A DNA stretch of 64,000 nt, from contig CM060732.1 of NCBI GenBank assembly GCA_030704615.1, positions 57,040,001-57,104,000 of the forward strand, given 5' to 3'. The notes beneath the pieces are model-generated. The model was not told the origin of the DNA and did no database searches. It was given only the letters and a program-made list of their open reading frames with translations. Source of the DNA: Takakia lepidozioides. Its lineage: Eukaryota > Plantae > Bryophyta. Numbering within the stretch: the first letter of the stretch is position 1; every line of letters begins with the position of its first letter. The position numbers and the translations under genes are program-made. Below, in pieces: positions 36,481 through 48,100 of the stretch.

Positions 36481-37219
36481 GGGGTCGCAACTGCGTCGCC
36501 ACAGGGGGTCACAATGGTGTTGTAGTCATCTTAGGTCATCACAAGGACGTCGCTTGGGGCGCCAAGCTGTAGTGTCCAAAGCCATGTCTGTCGACAGGAA
36601 ATTGTCTGATCAAAATGAAGTCAAACAGAAAACTTCGGGAGTTTGGTGTGTTTGCCAGTTGTCTCAACATAAAGCTTTATCATTTCAATTTTTCGATGCT
36701 TACAGTTCGTCGCATTTATTTTGATTTCATTGTTTGGTTTCATTGTAGGAAAGAAATATTCATGTACTTGACATAAACTATATAACGAAAAAGAAATTTT
36801 GTAGAAGCAAGGTGGAGGCTTATTTCAAGACACTTCAAATTGATAATCAGACTATCGCCGGGGACGGAGATGACGAAGACTCACTGCAGGATGACGAAGT
36901 GGACGAAGAAGAGGATGAGGAAGGACACGACAAAGAGCAAGACGAGGAAAAGGAGGAAATATTGCAGGTTAAGCAGCGACTCTTACACCTCATTGTTTGA
37001 TGAGAACAGGAACCTTTGAAAAGGAGGCCCAAAGGAGTTGGCGGATGCAGGCAAGGCAGGCCTGGTCACCATTCAGGACCGATAAAAAGGATGGGATGCT
37101 GCGGATGTGTGTCGATTACAGGGATTTAATCACGTCATACGGTGTCTTCATTGCAGGTCCTGTTACACGTACTAAGACAAACATGAAGACGAAGGTAAGA
37201 ATATGGAAATCGTCACCGA

Positions 37220-37470
37220 CACTAAAAGCATTCGTGTCTTTTCCGATTCGACTGCATGTCCGCGACCACTCCGGGAACCACTTGGTAGTAAACGGGACTA
37301 CTGGAGAGTCGAAACAGACAATGTGGGCCCACGGGGGCATTTCAGACGGCGGACAGAAGTGGGGTCAACGACTCCGGAGTCGTAGCAGAATTCCGGGCTA
37401 TTTTAGAATTGCGTAAATACATAAAATTTGAAAAAGCCAAAATTACAAGTGGTTGTAATTACTGCACATG
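37220..37470 (+). repeat. Dispersed repeat of unknown family; second copy at ~53308-53550
   Basis: Shared blocks AAGCATTCGTGTCTTTTCCGA(T/A)TCGACTGCATGTCC, GGCGGA.AGAAGT...TCAA.GACTCCG.AGTCG and AATTACAA.TGGTT.TAA. Confidence 0.75.
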
Positions 37471-37789
37471 CGACTACAAATTTTCTTTCCTAATTCGATT
37501 AATGGAATAAAGATATTTATTCATTAAAGTGAATATGTAGTCGACTCAACGACTCCATGAACCACTGCGCATTCATTGCACCCATGACTCGGCAGCACAT
37601 TTGCTGACGTGGCTTTCACAAAAAGAGGTAAACAAAATGTGGCCTTGGGGGAATAGATATTTTAATACGTGTGCTGCCTCCACCTGGCAGAGACAAGGAT
37701 GCAAGTGCTGCGTCGGACATGGCGGGACGTGGGAATGGAAATCCTGACACGGCAAGGCCTTCGTATACTGTGAGCGCGCGTAGTGGCTT

Positions 37790-38700
37790 CTCAGAACGGT
37801 GTGACATCGGGGTCTTGGTCATTCATCATTTACAGAATGTGCTGGATGGAGGCACGATGGAGCGCGCATACGGGCATGCCCTTCTGGCATCAATTCCCAA
37901 GTATCCACGCAAGGTGAGGCTGCTGAATTGGGTTTTTGCCCGTCTAGTTTTCTGACAGCATGCTCGAAACGTTCATAGTGCCATTGAGTGGCATCGCAAT
38001 AATTTGATGTGTAGCTGCTTTTCCATTTCACAAGTTATGCAGAAGGCGTCACAGAAGAAGATCGCAAAGACGTCAAGGCTGAAGAATATGCCCTTTGGTG
38101 TGAACTACAATCATATCATGCCAAACCCCATTTTGCCCACGCAGATGAGGGAGACATTCTGCATTTGCGAGTGGGACTTAATTCCTCTAAACCCAGCTTG
38201 AAGGCAGTTGTGACACCAGAGAAACTGGAAACTACCTCCAAGAAAGTTGAAACTCGCAAGATAGTCATGTATTCGTCTCATTATCTCCAACTGGGATTCC
38301 GAGTTATCATCCGACCCTTTACATGTGCGCTGGAATGGAGTATAATTCTGGTTTAGGCAGTTATTGCCACCAGACGTTCGCTTCTCCAATTTTTACATTT
38401 AAGGATGTGTCTGTGTTTATGGCACTCTTTCTCCCAAGGAGGCCTGAGTACCCCCCTGTACTTGCAAGAATTTGATGTGCTGCTTTTCCCTTTCATAAAT
38501 TATGAAGAAGCAGTCACAGAAGAAGATCGCAAAGAGGTCAAGGCTGAAAGCGTTCATTAAGGTTGTGAACTACAATCATATCATGCCAAACCAGCGGCGG
38601 CAGATGGTGTCATGAGACATTCTGCGATTTGCGCATAGGTGGACTTAATTTTGATGTTGACTTGAAGGCAGTTGTGACACCAGTGAAACTGGAAACTACA
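37790..38700 (+). pseudogene. RPL27: 60S ribosomal protein L27 (eL27) pseudogene, intron-retaining, with one exon region duplicated
   Basis: DGGTMERAYGHALLASIPKYPRK followed by a GT donor. QKKIAK(T/R)SRLK(AFIKV)VNYNHIMP and DLKAVVTPEKLETTSKKV occur at ~38035-38270 and again at ~38500-38700. Frameshifts present. Confidence 0.8.
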
Positions 38701-39543
38701 GGTTAGATGATGGCGTGCTGCATCGCGACATAAACCTGCATTTGACATTCAGGCTTAGGATTCATGCAATTTGGTGCTAGTCAGGCCTGCACAGTTCCAG
38801 AGCACAAGTGGGAGCCCATCCGAGGGATGGGGACCTCGTAAGTGCTTTCATTTTGTACTCACCTTGTTTTTGCATCGCACTTGTGCTACAAGGGGCAGAG
38901 CCATTCATTTGGCTGGAGGTTCAATTCCTCTACAAGTGAGCTATTTCGTGTCACTACAATCAGTTAGATGTGTTTGTGGTGGTTGCTGGATTTGCGGCTC
39001 TGGGGTGTCTTGCCAAGTGCTTGCAGGGATCAACGTTAATGTGGACGTGGCAGTACATGTAGCAAAAAAGCTCATTCGCTGGTGAAGAAGACCATGTTGC
39101 AACATATGTCATGCTATTGCTTCGAGAGTGCTGCTGTTGGGCAGGTGGGAGAATGCAACAACGGTGAGAAGGAAAGCAAGGGAAGCACAAAAAGGTGTCG
39201 TTCGGTCCTGCTCCTTTGGAGACACCCCCCATTCCACTGGTCTTTGTTCCTGGAAAGCATGCAGCTGGGCCAAAATGCATGCACACATTCACGTCTACTT
39301 CCCGTACATGAAGACGATCCTCTCCTCACATGTCAGAAACAATATTGGCAGAACAAAAAAAGGTTTGTTCACAAGACAGTACGGACCACATACCGGGACA
39401 TTATCGATACTATTAACTGTCTCGCCCTTGCGCGCTTGCAGGACTGTACAAAATGGGTTCTAAGGACAGTAAGAGTCCTTAGCATAGCTCTCGTCTATGA
39501 GCTGCTGGCTTAATGGACACTGAGATTCAGCTGGGCTCACTAT

Positions 39544-42500
39544 CTATATCCAAATAATCTTCCCCTTCACTACCCACATCTGCAATTGCCTTGCGGTAAT
39601 TACCAACCCTGGAATGTCTTCCTCATTAAAGGTAACTGCTCCTTCCAAAGAGACTGGTTCGGCCGTATCTGGTAGATTTCGTGGTTCCCTCAGACCCTCG
39701 TGGTCGGCATTCTCCCCTAGGTCCAGATCATGGACGTCGGCCACGACTCGTTTGGCCCGGGGGTCCTTGTGAAGAACCACCTTCCATCCCGGCGCATGGG
39801 TGTCATCTGAAAAGAAAACTTGCTCAACTTGCGATGGGAAGATGAATGGCTCTTCATCTTGTGGTAGCATTTTTCTGAAATCAGCAAGGAGGAACCCGTA
39901 CTCATCCCGTTTCATGGTGGCATTCTCTCCTACCATTGGCTTTTACCCAAGAACAACGGAATAGAATTGGCTTCACAAGACCATAGTCTAGTTTAAGGAT
40001 CTCTTTGATCACTCCTACATATTGCACATGGCATGAAATTGGATTCGATCTCGTGCACAGCTCCTACTCTCTTGTTCAAAAAATGATGCCACTCCGCTGT
40101 CATAAGTCACCAGGAGGCTGGTGTTGGCATCGTCCACTCTATAGTGATTGCCATATGCTTTCATTGACCGGTACGAAGTGGCAATCAGCCCTGGGGGGAA
40201 TGACAGACTCACCATGCCCTCATCTGGGTCCTCGTTCTCTGATGCGTACACTGCAATTGCAGATCTGACCCACACTGTAAAGGGCTGCAGCTCCTCCATT
40301 GTTGTGGGGTACTCCACCGGGGATCTGCGCCTACCGCCCCTCCGCCATGCTTTTGCAAATGCACTCCGTTCCGTTTTCAGGCGGACCTTCTCCGCTGCGT
40401 ACTTTCTGGCAGAAACCAAATAGAAGCTGCAACTCAGTCCCCCTGACCAACACCGTGCTGTACATGCATGCCACATGCAGAGTGTGTCCTTTCAAGCACA
40501 CTGTAGTGATGCAGCCTACTTCATAATCACTTGCAAGCAACAACCAAGATCTACGAAACACCCTCTGTAGTCGTCTGAAGCACCCTGTTAGTACACGATC
40601 CCACTCCCATAGTGGCCGGAATGACTTGTGACAATATATATGTAATTCCAGCATACAAAGACCATTAAGAATAGCACAGGAGGGATGTAAGTTGGCACCC
40701 ACTGTCTCCATGGTGTCATGGTTGTTGTGTTGTTCAGCACATAATCATGTGCCACATCCCGAAGGCGCGGGCTCATGGCACGCTTTGTTCCACCACCTTC
40801 TAGGACCTCGCCTACAACTCCTTCTTCCTCGTTCTCGTCCCACACCCGTCGTTGTATTGCATCAAATGAAGACATATACTCTGTCATGAAGCCCAGGGCT
40901 TCGTCGCGGATGTAGCCCTCCGCCATACTCCCCTCTGGCCGTGCCATTGCGTACATACCCCTTCAGATCCTTCATGTACCTCTCCATGGGGTACATCCAC
41001 CGGCTGGCTACGGGCCCACACACATGCAACTCCTCTACAAGATGCACTAGCAAGTGCGTCATGACGTCAAAGAATGATGGAGGGAATTCTTTCTCCAGCA
41101 AACATAGGGTCATAGCCACATCCTCATGCAACGATGTAATGTCCCTCGGATCCCACACCTTCGCACAAATCTTCCTAAACACTCGACTTACACGCATTAT
41201 GGCTGTTCGAGGACCTGGCGCCATCGTACCCCGAATGCACACTGGCAAAATCTGTTGCATCATCACGTGTAGATCATGTGACTTCATCCCCGACCATTTC
41301 TTGTTTATGGCATGCTTTTGGAAAGCACCCGAGAATCCGGTTGGCACTTTCATGGCTCCCAATGTCTTCAAAAAAATCCTCTTGCTCTGATTTGGTCAGG
41401 ACGTATGATGCTGCTGGCATGAGCACTTTGCCTGGTCTATTTGGATCAGGCCTTAGCAACAGATGTGACCGTATCCCTTCAATCTCCATGTCCTTTCGTA
41501 CGTTTATCGTATCCTTCTCCCCAAAGATAGTCTTCAGAATGTTCTCGCAGAAGTTCTTCTCACAATGCATGGGGTCCAGGAGGTACCGCTGCAAGAGGTT
41601 CTGAAATGCCAAATGTCCTCCCATGAGACCAAGTTCTATGGGCAAAAAAAGTAGAATATGTGGCAGAAGTTGTCCATGTTACTACTGCATAGTAGTTACA
41701 CTGACTTAGGAGACGTGGAAGGACTCCTGACAGTAAAGGTAATTCCAGGAAGCACAATGTGAAAGAAAGTGAGTGAATGGGGGGGGGGGATTCATGCACC
41801 TTCCAGTATGGCAAATCCCAAAGGATTGTCCGGCGCTTCACCCCGTGCTCCATGGCTGGATCCGCACTACTTCCGTCTCTCCCTCCAATCTCCATGAACG
41901 CCTCTTTCTCCTTTGCAAATTGCAATGTCTCCTCCGGTGTCACAGCATTTGGTGCCATTCTCTTTTCAACACATCCATTGAAGTGCCTTCCTGCTCGTCG
42001 GTAGGGGTGGTTTCTTGCAAGGTAACGTCGATGCCCCATGTATATTGTCTTCCCTAGTGGCTTTGAGTGCCGTGAATCCACATAGGGCCCACAAATGGGG
42101 CACCCTTTGTAGCCCTTCGTTGCAACCGCAACAAGGCCATATGCGGGGAAATCGTGGATTGACCACATGAGTATGGCACGGAGGGTGAAACTCCGTTGCC
42201 CTACTGGTTTCAAAATGTCGTAAGCTTCAACTCCAATCCATAGTTCCTGTAGCTCTTCAATCAATGGTTGCAAATACACATCTATGTTTGCATTTGTCAC
42301 GGACTCCTTGCCTGGAATCAAGAGAGACAACATGACAAAGAATTTCTTTGTTGTCAACCATGGTGGCAGGTTTGTATGCCACCAACTGCACGGGCCATGT
42401 GGACCATGTGCAACTCTTTGATCCGTATGGGTTTACTCCATCCGTAGATACAGCCAATCGCACATTGCGTGGGTCCTCGGCAAAATCGGGCCAAGTTGCA

Positions 42501-43420
42501 TCTATATGCTTCCATGCAAGGGAATCTGGGACATGCCTTACCAAACCATCGTTTGAGGCATTCCTGGAATGCCAAGTCATGAGCTCACTAATGGTCTTGC
42601 ATTTGTACATTCGTAATAGACGGGGGATAAGGGGAAAGTGCCTCAACACCTTGGCTGGCTGTTGTAACCTGCCCCATCATGGTATCGGGCTGCACCGCAT
42701 TTGGGGCACTCCATAGCATCCTTGTACTCTCTTCTGAAAAGTACATGTCCTTTTGGACATGCATGTTTTCACGTAGTTGAGGCCGAGCTTCCCAATCATT
42801 TGGTTGGCCATGTGACAGCTTTTTGGCATTTCATTTGGTTGTGGAAGCAAGTTCAGCCGAAGCAAAGAGAACAACTCGTCCACAAAATGGTCTGAGACAC
42901 CGTGGGTTGTGCACAGGTTCATCAACAGCATGGTGGCAGCAAGCTTTGTGGATTTGCATCCCTCGTACAGTGGCACACATGCTTCTTCTAGTGTCATGTG
43001 TGCAGAATTCAATTCTCCATCTCCCTCCTTCCACGCCTTCCCCCACGTGAATGCCTTCATTTTCCTGCGTCATCACCATCCCCAGTTGTCGCAGCGCCGT
43101 CCCCCTCTTCAGCATCGTCCATGATGTGGAATGCTTCCTGCAACATTCGAGTAATCTCCACCCCTCCGTCCATGCCTGGTTCATGTCCTGCGCCCATGAC
43201 ATAGTCCTCGTCTGGCCTGTCTGTATGGCTCCCTCGGGGGTGTGCATTGTCCAATTGTGCCCACTGTCTGCAGGCAACGTTCACATGGGCATGGCATCCT
43301 TGAAAGCCCAAGGGCTCGGGCACGTGCCACTTCTCTTTCCCACAACCTGTCATCTCGGGTGTTCTGTCTACAGGGGTGATTAATTGGAAGTCCTCCGCAT
43401 GGGCGAGGGGAACTCATTTT
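39544..43420 (-). pseudogene. CACTA transposase (TnpD-like), intron-containing and frameshifted
   Basis: PCPCERC; LRHFPLIPRL..WPDFAEDPRNVRLAVSTDGVNPY; IDVYLQPLIEELQELW..WSIHDFPAYG; LDPMHCEKN; GMKSHDLHVMMQ; FPPSFFDVMTHLLVHL..GPV..RWMYPMERY; RPEGSMAEGY; EPFIFPSQVEQVFF..WKVV. Confidence 0.93.
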
Positions 43421-45109
43421 TGGAGTTCAATGCTGTTTGTGCACGCCGTTGCAGGGGCCGGATTCTCCTTTGCAGAGATTCCTCAATTTGGCTCTGCCAC
43501 TCCCATTTCACTACCGTCAATTCCCTCCTCCTGCAATCTCAATTTGAAAGGTTCAGCCGCACATCCTTTGGCAGAGAAGACAGTTGACATTTTATACCAA
43601 CCGGTAGATTCCACAACATGATGAAAAGTTACACTCAACAGCAAACCATTTAAAAGCCATCACGATGCTTCCCATCATAACTAGAATCTTTTCAACAAGA
43701 CTGAGAGAAATGACCAAAATCGACTCAAACAACGACATCCTGGAAAAACCTGTCTCTACAGTTCGTGTGTGTGTGAGGAATCGGAGGACGTACGTGGAAT
43801 TTCAATTTTCACGATTGACGACGTTGTGATCTTGGGCATATGGTTGAATGTGTATGAAATGTGTGCATTGAAGTGTGAACAACCTGACTACAAGGCCAGA
43901 ACCTGCGCCACTTGTCTTAGGCCATCTCCAAATCACGTTTCGGCGGACAATCCCGTTCCGTTGCCGTGAAATTGCACCGTGGCGGGAAGGGAGTCCATTT
44001 GTGTGGCTCTATCACCATGGCGGGAAGGGGAGCATGTTAAAAATGGAGCATCGCCCTGCCACTTCACTCATTTGCTGTTTGCAGCTTCTTCCACCATCTT
44101 TCTTACTTAATTCTGATTCTTGCAATGCTGCCCTTGAGACGGCAACTGCAAGTGACCGGATCCTTTGATCGTCGCATTCAAAGACACTTACGTGTAGCAG
44201 ATCGCAGACCCCCAAATGCCTGGAGAGAAAGCCAGAGGGCAGTCAATGCATGCACGGTTGTTTTGCACTGGTTGGGACGGAGTGGGGTGCAGAGGAGGCG
44301 TGTTGTGCCCGAGTTCGCATGCCTAGCATCCTGCAGCCGGCGGCTTTTGCACGTTGGGCAGCAGTACCCTCTGCTGTATGATTACCATTTGTGGTACAGA
44401 CTCACCGGCCTCCCCTGTCCACTTGGGTCTTGGGACACGACTTATGGAGTATGTAGACAGAGTTGCATGTCGCGCAGGTACACCAAAATCTCCCATGTAA
44501 CATAAACCCATTTCTCATTCATGCTTGCATGTGATCCACGGGGTAATTTCCATGTTCTCCCAGCTGATGTGGGTTCGCAAATTCTCGGTGTGTAGGTGTG
44601 TGTGTGAGGACCTCAATGGCATGGTGCGATGGGTGTCGAATGGACCCTTCTCTGCGATGGAGAACCACTACAGTTGAGTTTGTTTTTGCTGAATCATTTG
44701 GCAGAGCACTGTGTTCACTTCTCACACATCATGCGCATTTTCTCCAAGAATGCATGTAAAGCGGAGCCATACACGGCATCATTGCAGTGTGTTTCCTTCG
44801 CCTAATTTTGAACGAAAAAAAGTTAACGGATCCATGTCAGTTGTGTGAATCACTACATCTAGTTGTCTGGAGGATTGTAAGTGGTTTAGGGTTTAACGTC
44901 TCAAAGTCGAAAAGGCCATAGTGTCGGATGCACGACACGTGTTCATATTTGAAATCAACAACGGCCGGATCTTCACTACAGATCGGGGGGGTGTGTGATC
45001 ACACTCCCCTCCTTGTCCTTCTTTCCTCCTTTGCATGTCTTGGTCTTCCTCGCTCGTCTTTGTTGGTCATGGTCTATGTCCTCGCTCGTCTTCATCTTTG
45101 TCATGGTCT

Positions 45110-48100
45110 ATGTCCACGCCTAGTAAGAAGCGCTCGACCGCCGAGGCAGCATCACCTCCTCCCACTTCTGCACATTCCAGCCCCGCGGTGCGAAGGAGCC
45201 CCCGCCTGGCTCGACTGAATCCGGTACAGATGGCGTCGGTGCGAGAGGGAAGGCAGAGCGGTGGGCGGTCTTCGAGTTCGGATTTTGACACAAGCGAGTA
45301 TAGCATGGGCGACGACGATGAGGTGGAGGACAGTTCGGAGGAAATTGCACCTCCATCTGCAGAGTCTCTCCAAAAGGTGCGCAAACGGCACAAAACCGCT
45401 GCGCATGAGGTGAGTTCTACCCCTACTTGTGTTCTTGTTTTCTGGGCGTTGAGTTCTCCTGAAACTGAAACTGGGATGCACATATCCACAAAGTTGTTCA
45501 AACGGATCTCGTAGTATACAGGGCAGTAGAAGAAGAAGTGTTCTTCAGTTTCAATTTCCTTGCTGCCCTATGCAAGCTGGACATAGGCGGTCCTCCCGTT
45601 GCAGGTTTTCCCATCTGCCAGTCTATCCGTAGGTTGTGGGAACCCACCCTGAACCGCCCCAATGCCCTCAAGAGGGAAGGAGGTAAGGGTGCTGAAAGGT
45701 AATTTGGTCTGAAGATTCTATCATCGCGGAGCACCAAGAATGTCTCTCGATAGAAGTGGAGCTTTGTTGTGAGATTGGGTAGCATCCAAGTTCTCTTGAC
45801 ATGTAATTCCATAAGCTCTCTCCGAATGAGTCTGTTGCGGTCATGTCTGGATGTGATGTCCACCTCATGTGGGTTCATTGGTAATAGGAAAGCAGTAGAA
45901 AGTCCGTTACGTTTCAATAAACTGTCCACTCGAGCATACCAGGAGTTCCCGAAACCTGCAGCTTTGAGCCTCATAGATGTTGTGAGGGCCCTTGCCACTA
46001 GCCCTTTGGGTGGAAGGGCCTGCAATCTATGGAGAAAGATTGTAAGCCTGAACTGTGCCTCGGATTGCAATGGTACACATGCGAACTCTGCACCTAGGAT
46101 CTGAGATGGAGTTGTGCTCCTGGCGCCAAGCATTGCTTGGAGAAAAGATGACTGTAATGGTTCCAAATTCTTTTCCCACCAGGAGACAGGGACACCAGGT
46201 GCCCAGAACTCACAACCATTGATGGTAGCAGGGCTGACGACGGTGTCAAACAACCACTTTTTGGTCGGGGGATGCCGCAGATGTATTTGCTTGCATTTGG
46301 CGTGAAGGCGGACGGAGGCCGCCTTACCTTTAGTCAATCTGTCCAAGGCAGTGGCTGCAAAGTGAAACTTGGGGGAGTGGATAACCAGACCTAGGTACCG
46401 GTATGATTTGACAATCTCAATTTCCTGCTGGTTGAAGATGAATCTACGATCAGCCTGGCCATTGAAGACCATGATCTTGGTCTTGCTAAGATTGACTTGC
46501 ATCCCATAGTCTTTGCAGAACTGTTCCAAAATTTTGATATGGCGTTAGAAAGACCGGGGATTGTGCCAAAAGGGCAACATCATCAGCGTAGAGGAGATCT
46601 GATTGGGCAAAATGAAGTTAGGCAGAAAACATCCCTGAACATGTTTTCAATTTGTGTCATGGGGGAGGACATCGTGGAAAAACCTTCAGGTCTACCACTG
46701 TGTGCAGAGGGACTAGTTTTTAGGTCAAGGAAATGTTGCTTTGTCACGTCATTGCACCTGCGTTGGAGTACGCATTTGCTATATGCGTTGATAACTCCAA
46801 CGAGGCTAGGTCTGCAATATCCTTTCAATTGAATTGTGTCTGCACCTGTGTTTACCAACATTGAGAGTCTTTAGGCCTTTTGGGGCTCCGTTGCTGGGCT
46901 CCGCCATACAGCCATTTGCTGATTGTGTGAATAGATGTCCACTATATGTGCAAAACCCGGATGGATGTTCTGTTTCCTGGTAAGTTTCATGTGGTACTGA
47001 TGTGAACCCGCCCACATTCTGTTTCTTCACCAATGAATGGGCTTACATGTTATGAGGACATTCTGTCCCTCTCCTTTTCAGTTTTTGGCACTTGCGCTGC
47101 AGGGGAGTGGGTTTGAGGTCAGCCAATCCATAGTTGTGGTTGTGGGATGGTTTGTGCTCTGGTGACGTTGTGTTCAGTAGGACTACAGCTGATGCACCTT
47201 GTGTGTGGGATGTTTTTGGCAGCGGAAGGGGAGTGAAGCTGCAGCAAAGCACTCACAGCCACCACACAATGCCAACCAACACCAACCTTGGCACCCACCC
47301 CCTGCCGGATGGTCTCCACAACAGAGTGCACCATGGGGAGCCCCCCCTGCTTCGGGGTCGTGGCGCTGGCTTCCTGATGTTGCCACGTCACAATGGGGGC
47401 CTCCCACATCTCCATACGGCCCTCCCCCCTCCGGCACACATCAGTCACCCCCCACAACGTATGACGGCGCTGCTCCAGAGCATGGGGGCAGGAAAACGGA
47501 CATCAGAGCTGAGGAAGGAACGACGTCATGCCATGAAACAATGGGAAGGAGATGGAGAGGGAAGGGTGGCTGCAGGGCTAAAGCGCCACAAGGTGGAGGT
47601 GCATGGAAATGGAGTCATCAATGCTGGCTGCGAAGGTAAGGAACACTGGCAGCGTGATTTGCGTGGCCTGGCATTGCGTTTACCTTGACTCAAGCGTACA
47701 AGACATTGACCAGCAGTCCCAGAGTGCCATGTCAACAGTAATAGAGGGCATAAATGGAATGTACGAGTACACACCTATCCCTGCCAATCGTGATTTTATA
47801 GTGAAGCAATGTGGGAAGATAATGAAAGGAGAAAGAGCAAAACTGAAAGATAAATGGGCGAAGACTGGTGTGAGGCCAATGAACACTGAACCCGCCTATT
47901 GGGATAAGCTTGTTGCCTACTGGGAGTCCCCTCGTGGACTTGCAAAGGCTGAAGGGATGAAGCAAGCGCGTGCTTGTGTCACGAACCCCTCGCGTTGGGG
48001 CCGGGCAGGAGTTGCAGGCCAAGCAGCCCGTTTGGTAATCTCCCTCACCCCCTTCTCATTGCTCTTACGTTGTGGCATGTTCTGATGGAAGAGACACCCA

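Noticed and set aside
36812-37000. Acidic 62-aa ORF
   Set aside because: Low-complexity D/E tract with no start context; probably a TE or gene fragment.
39538-39573. CACTA pentamers as the left TIR of the CACTA element
   Set aside because: The following bases do not match the right terminus (CACTAGTTACAAC), and no subterminal repeats or TSD were found.
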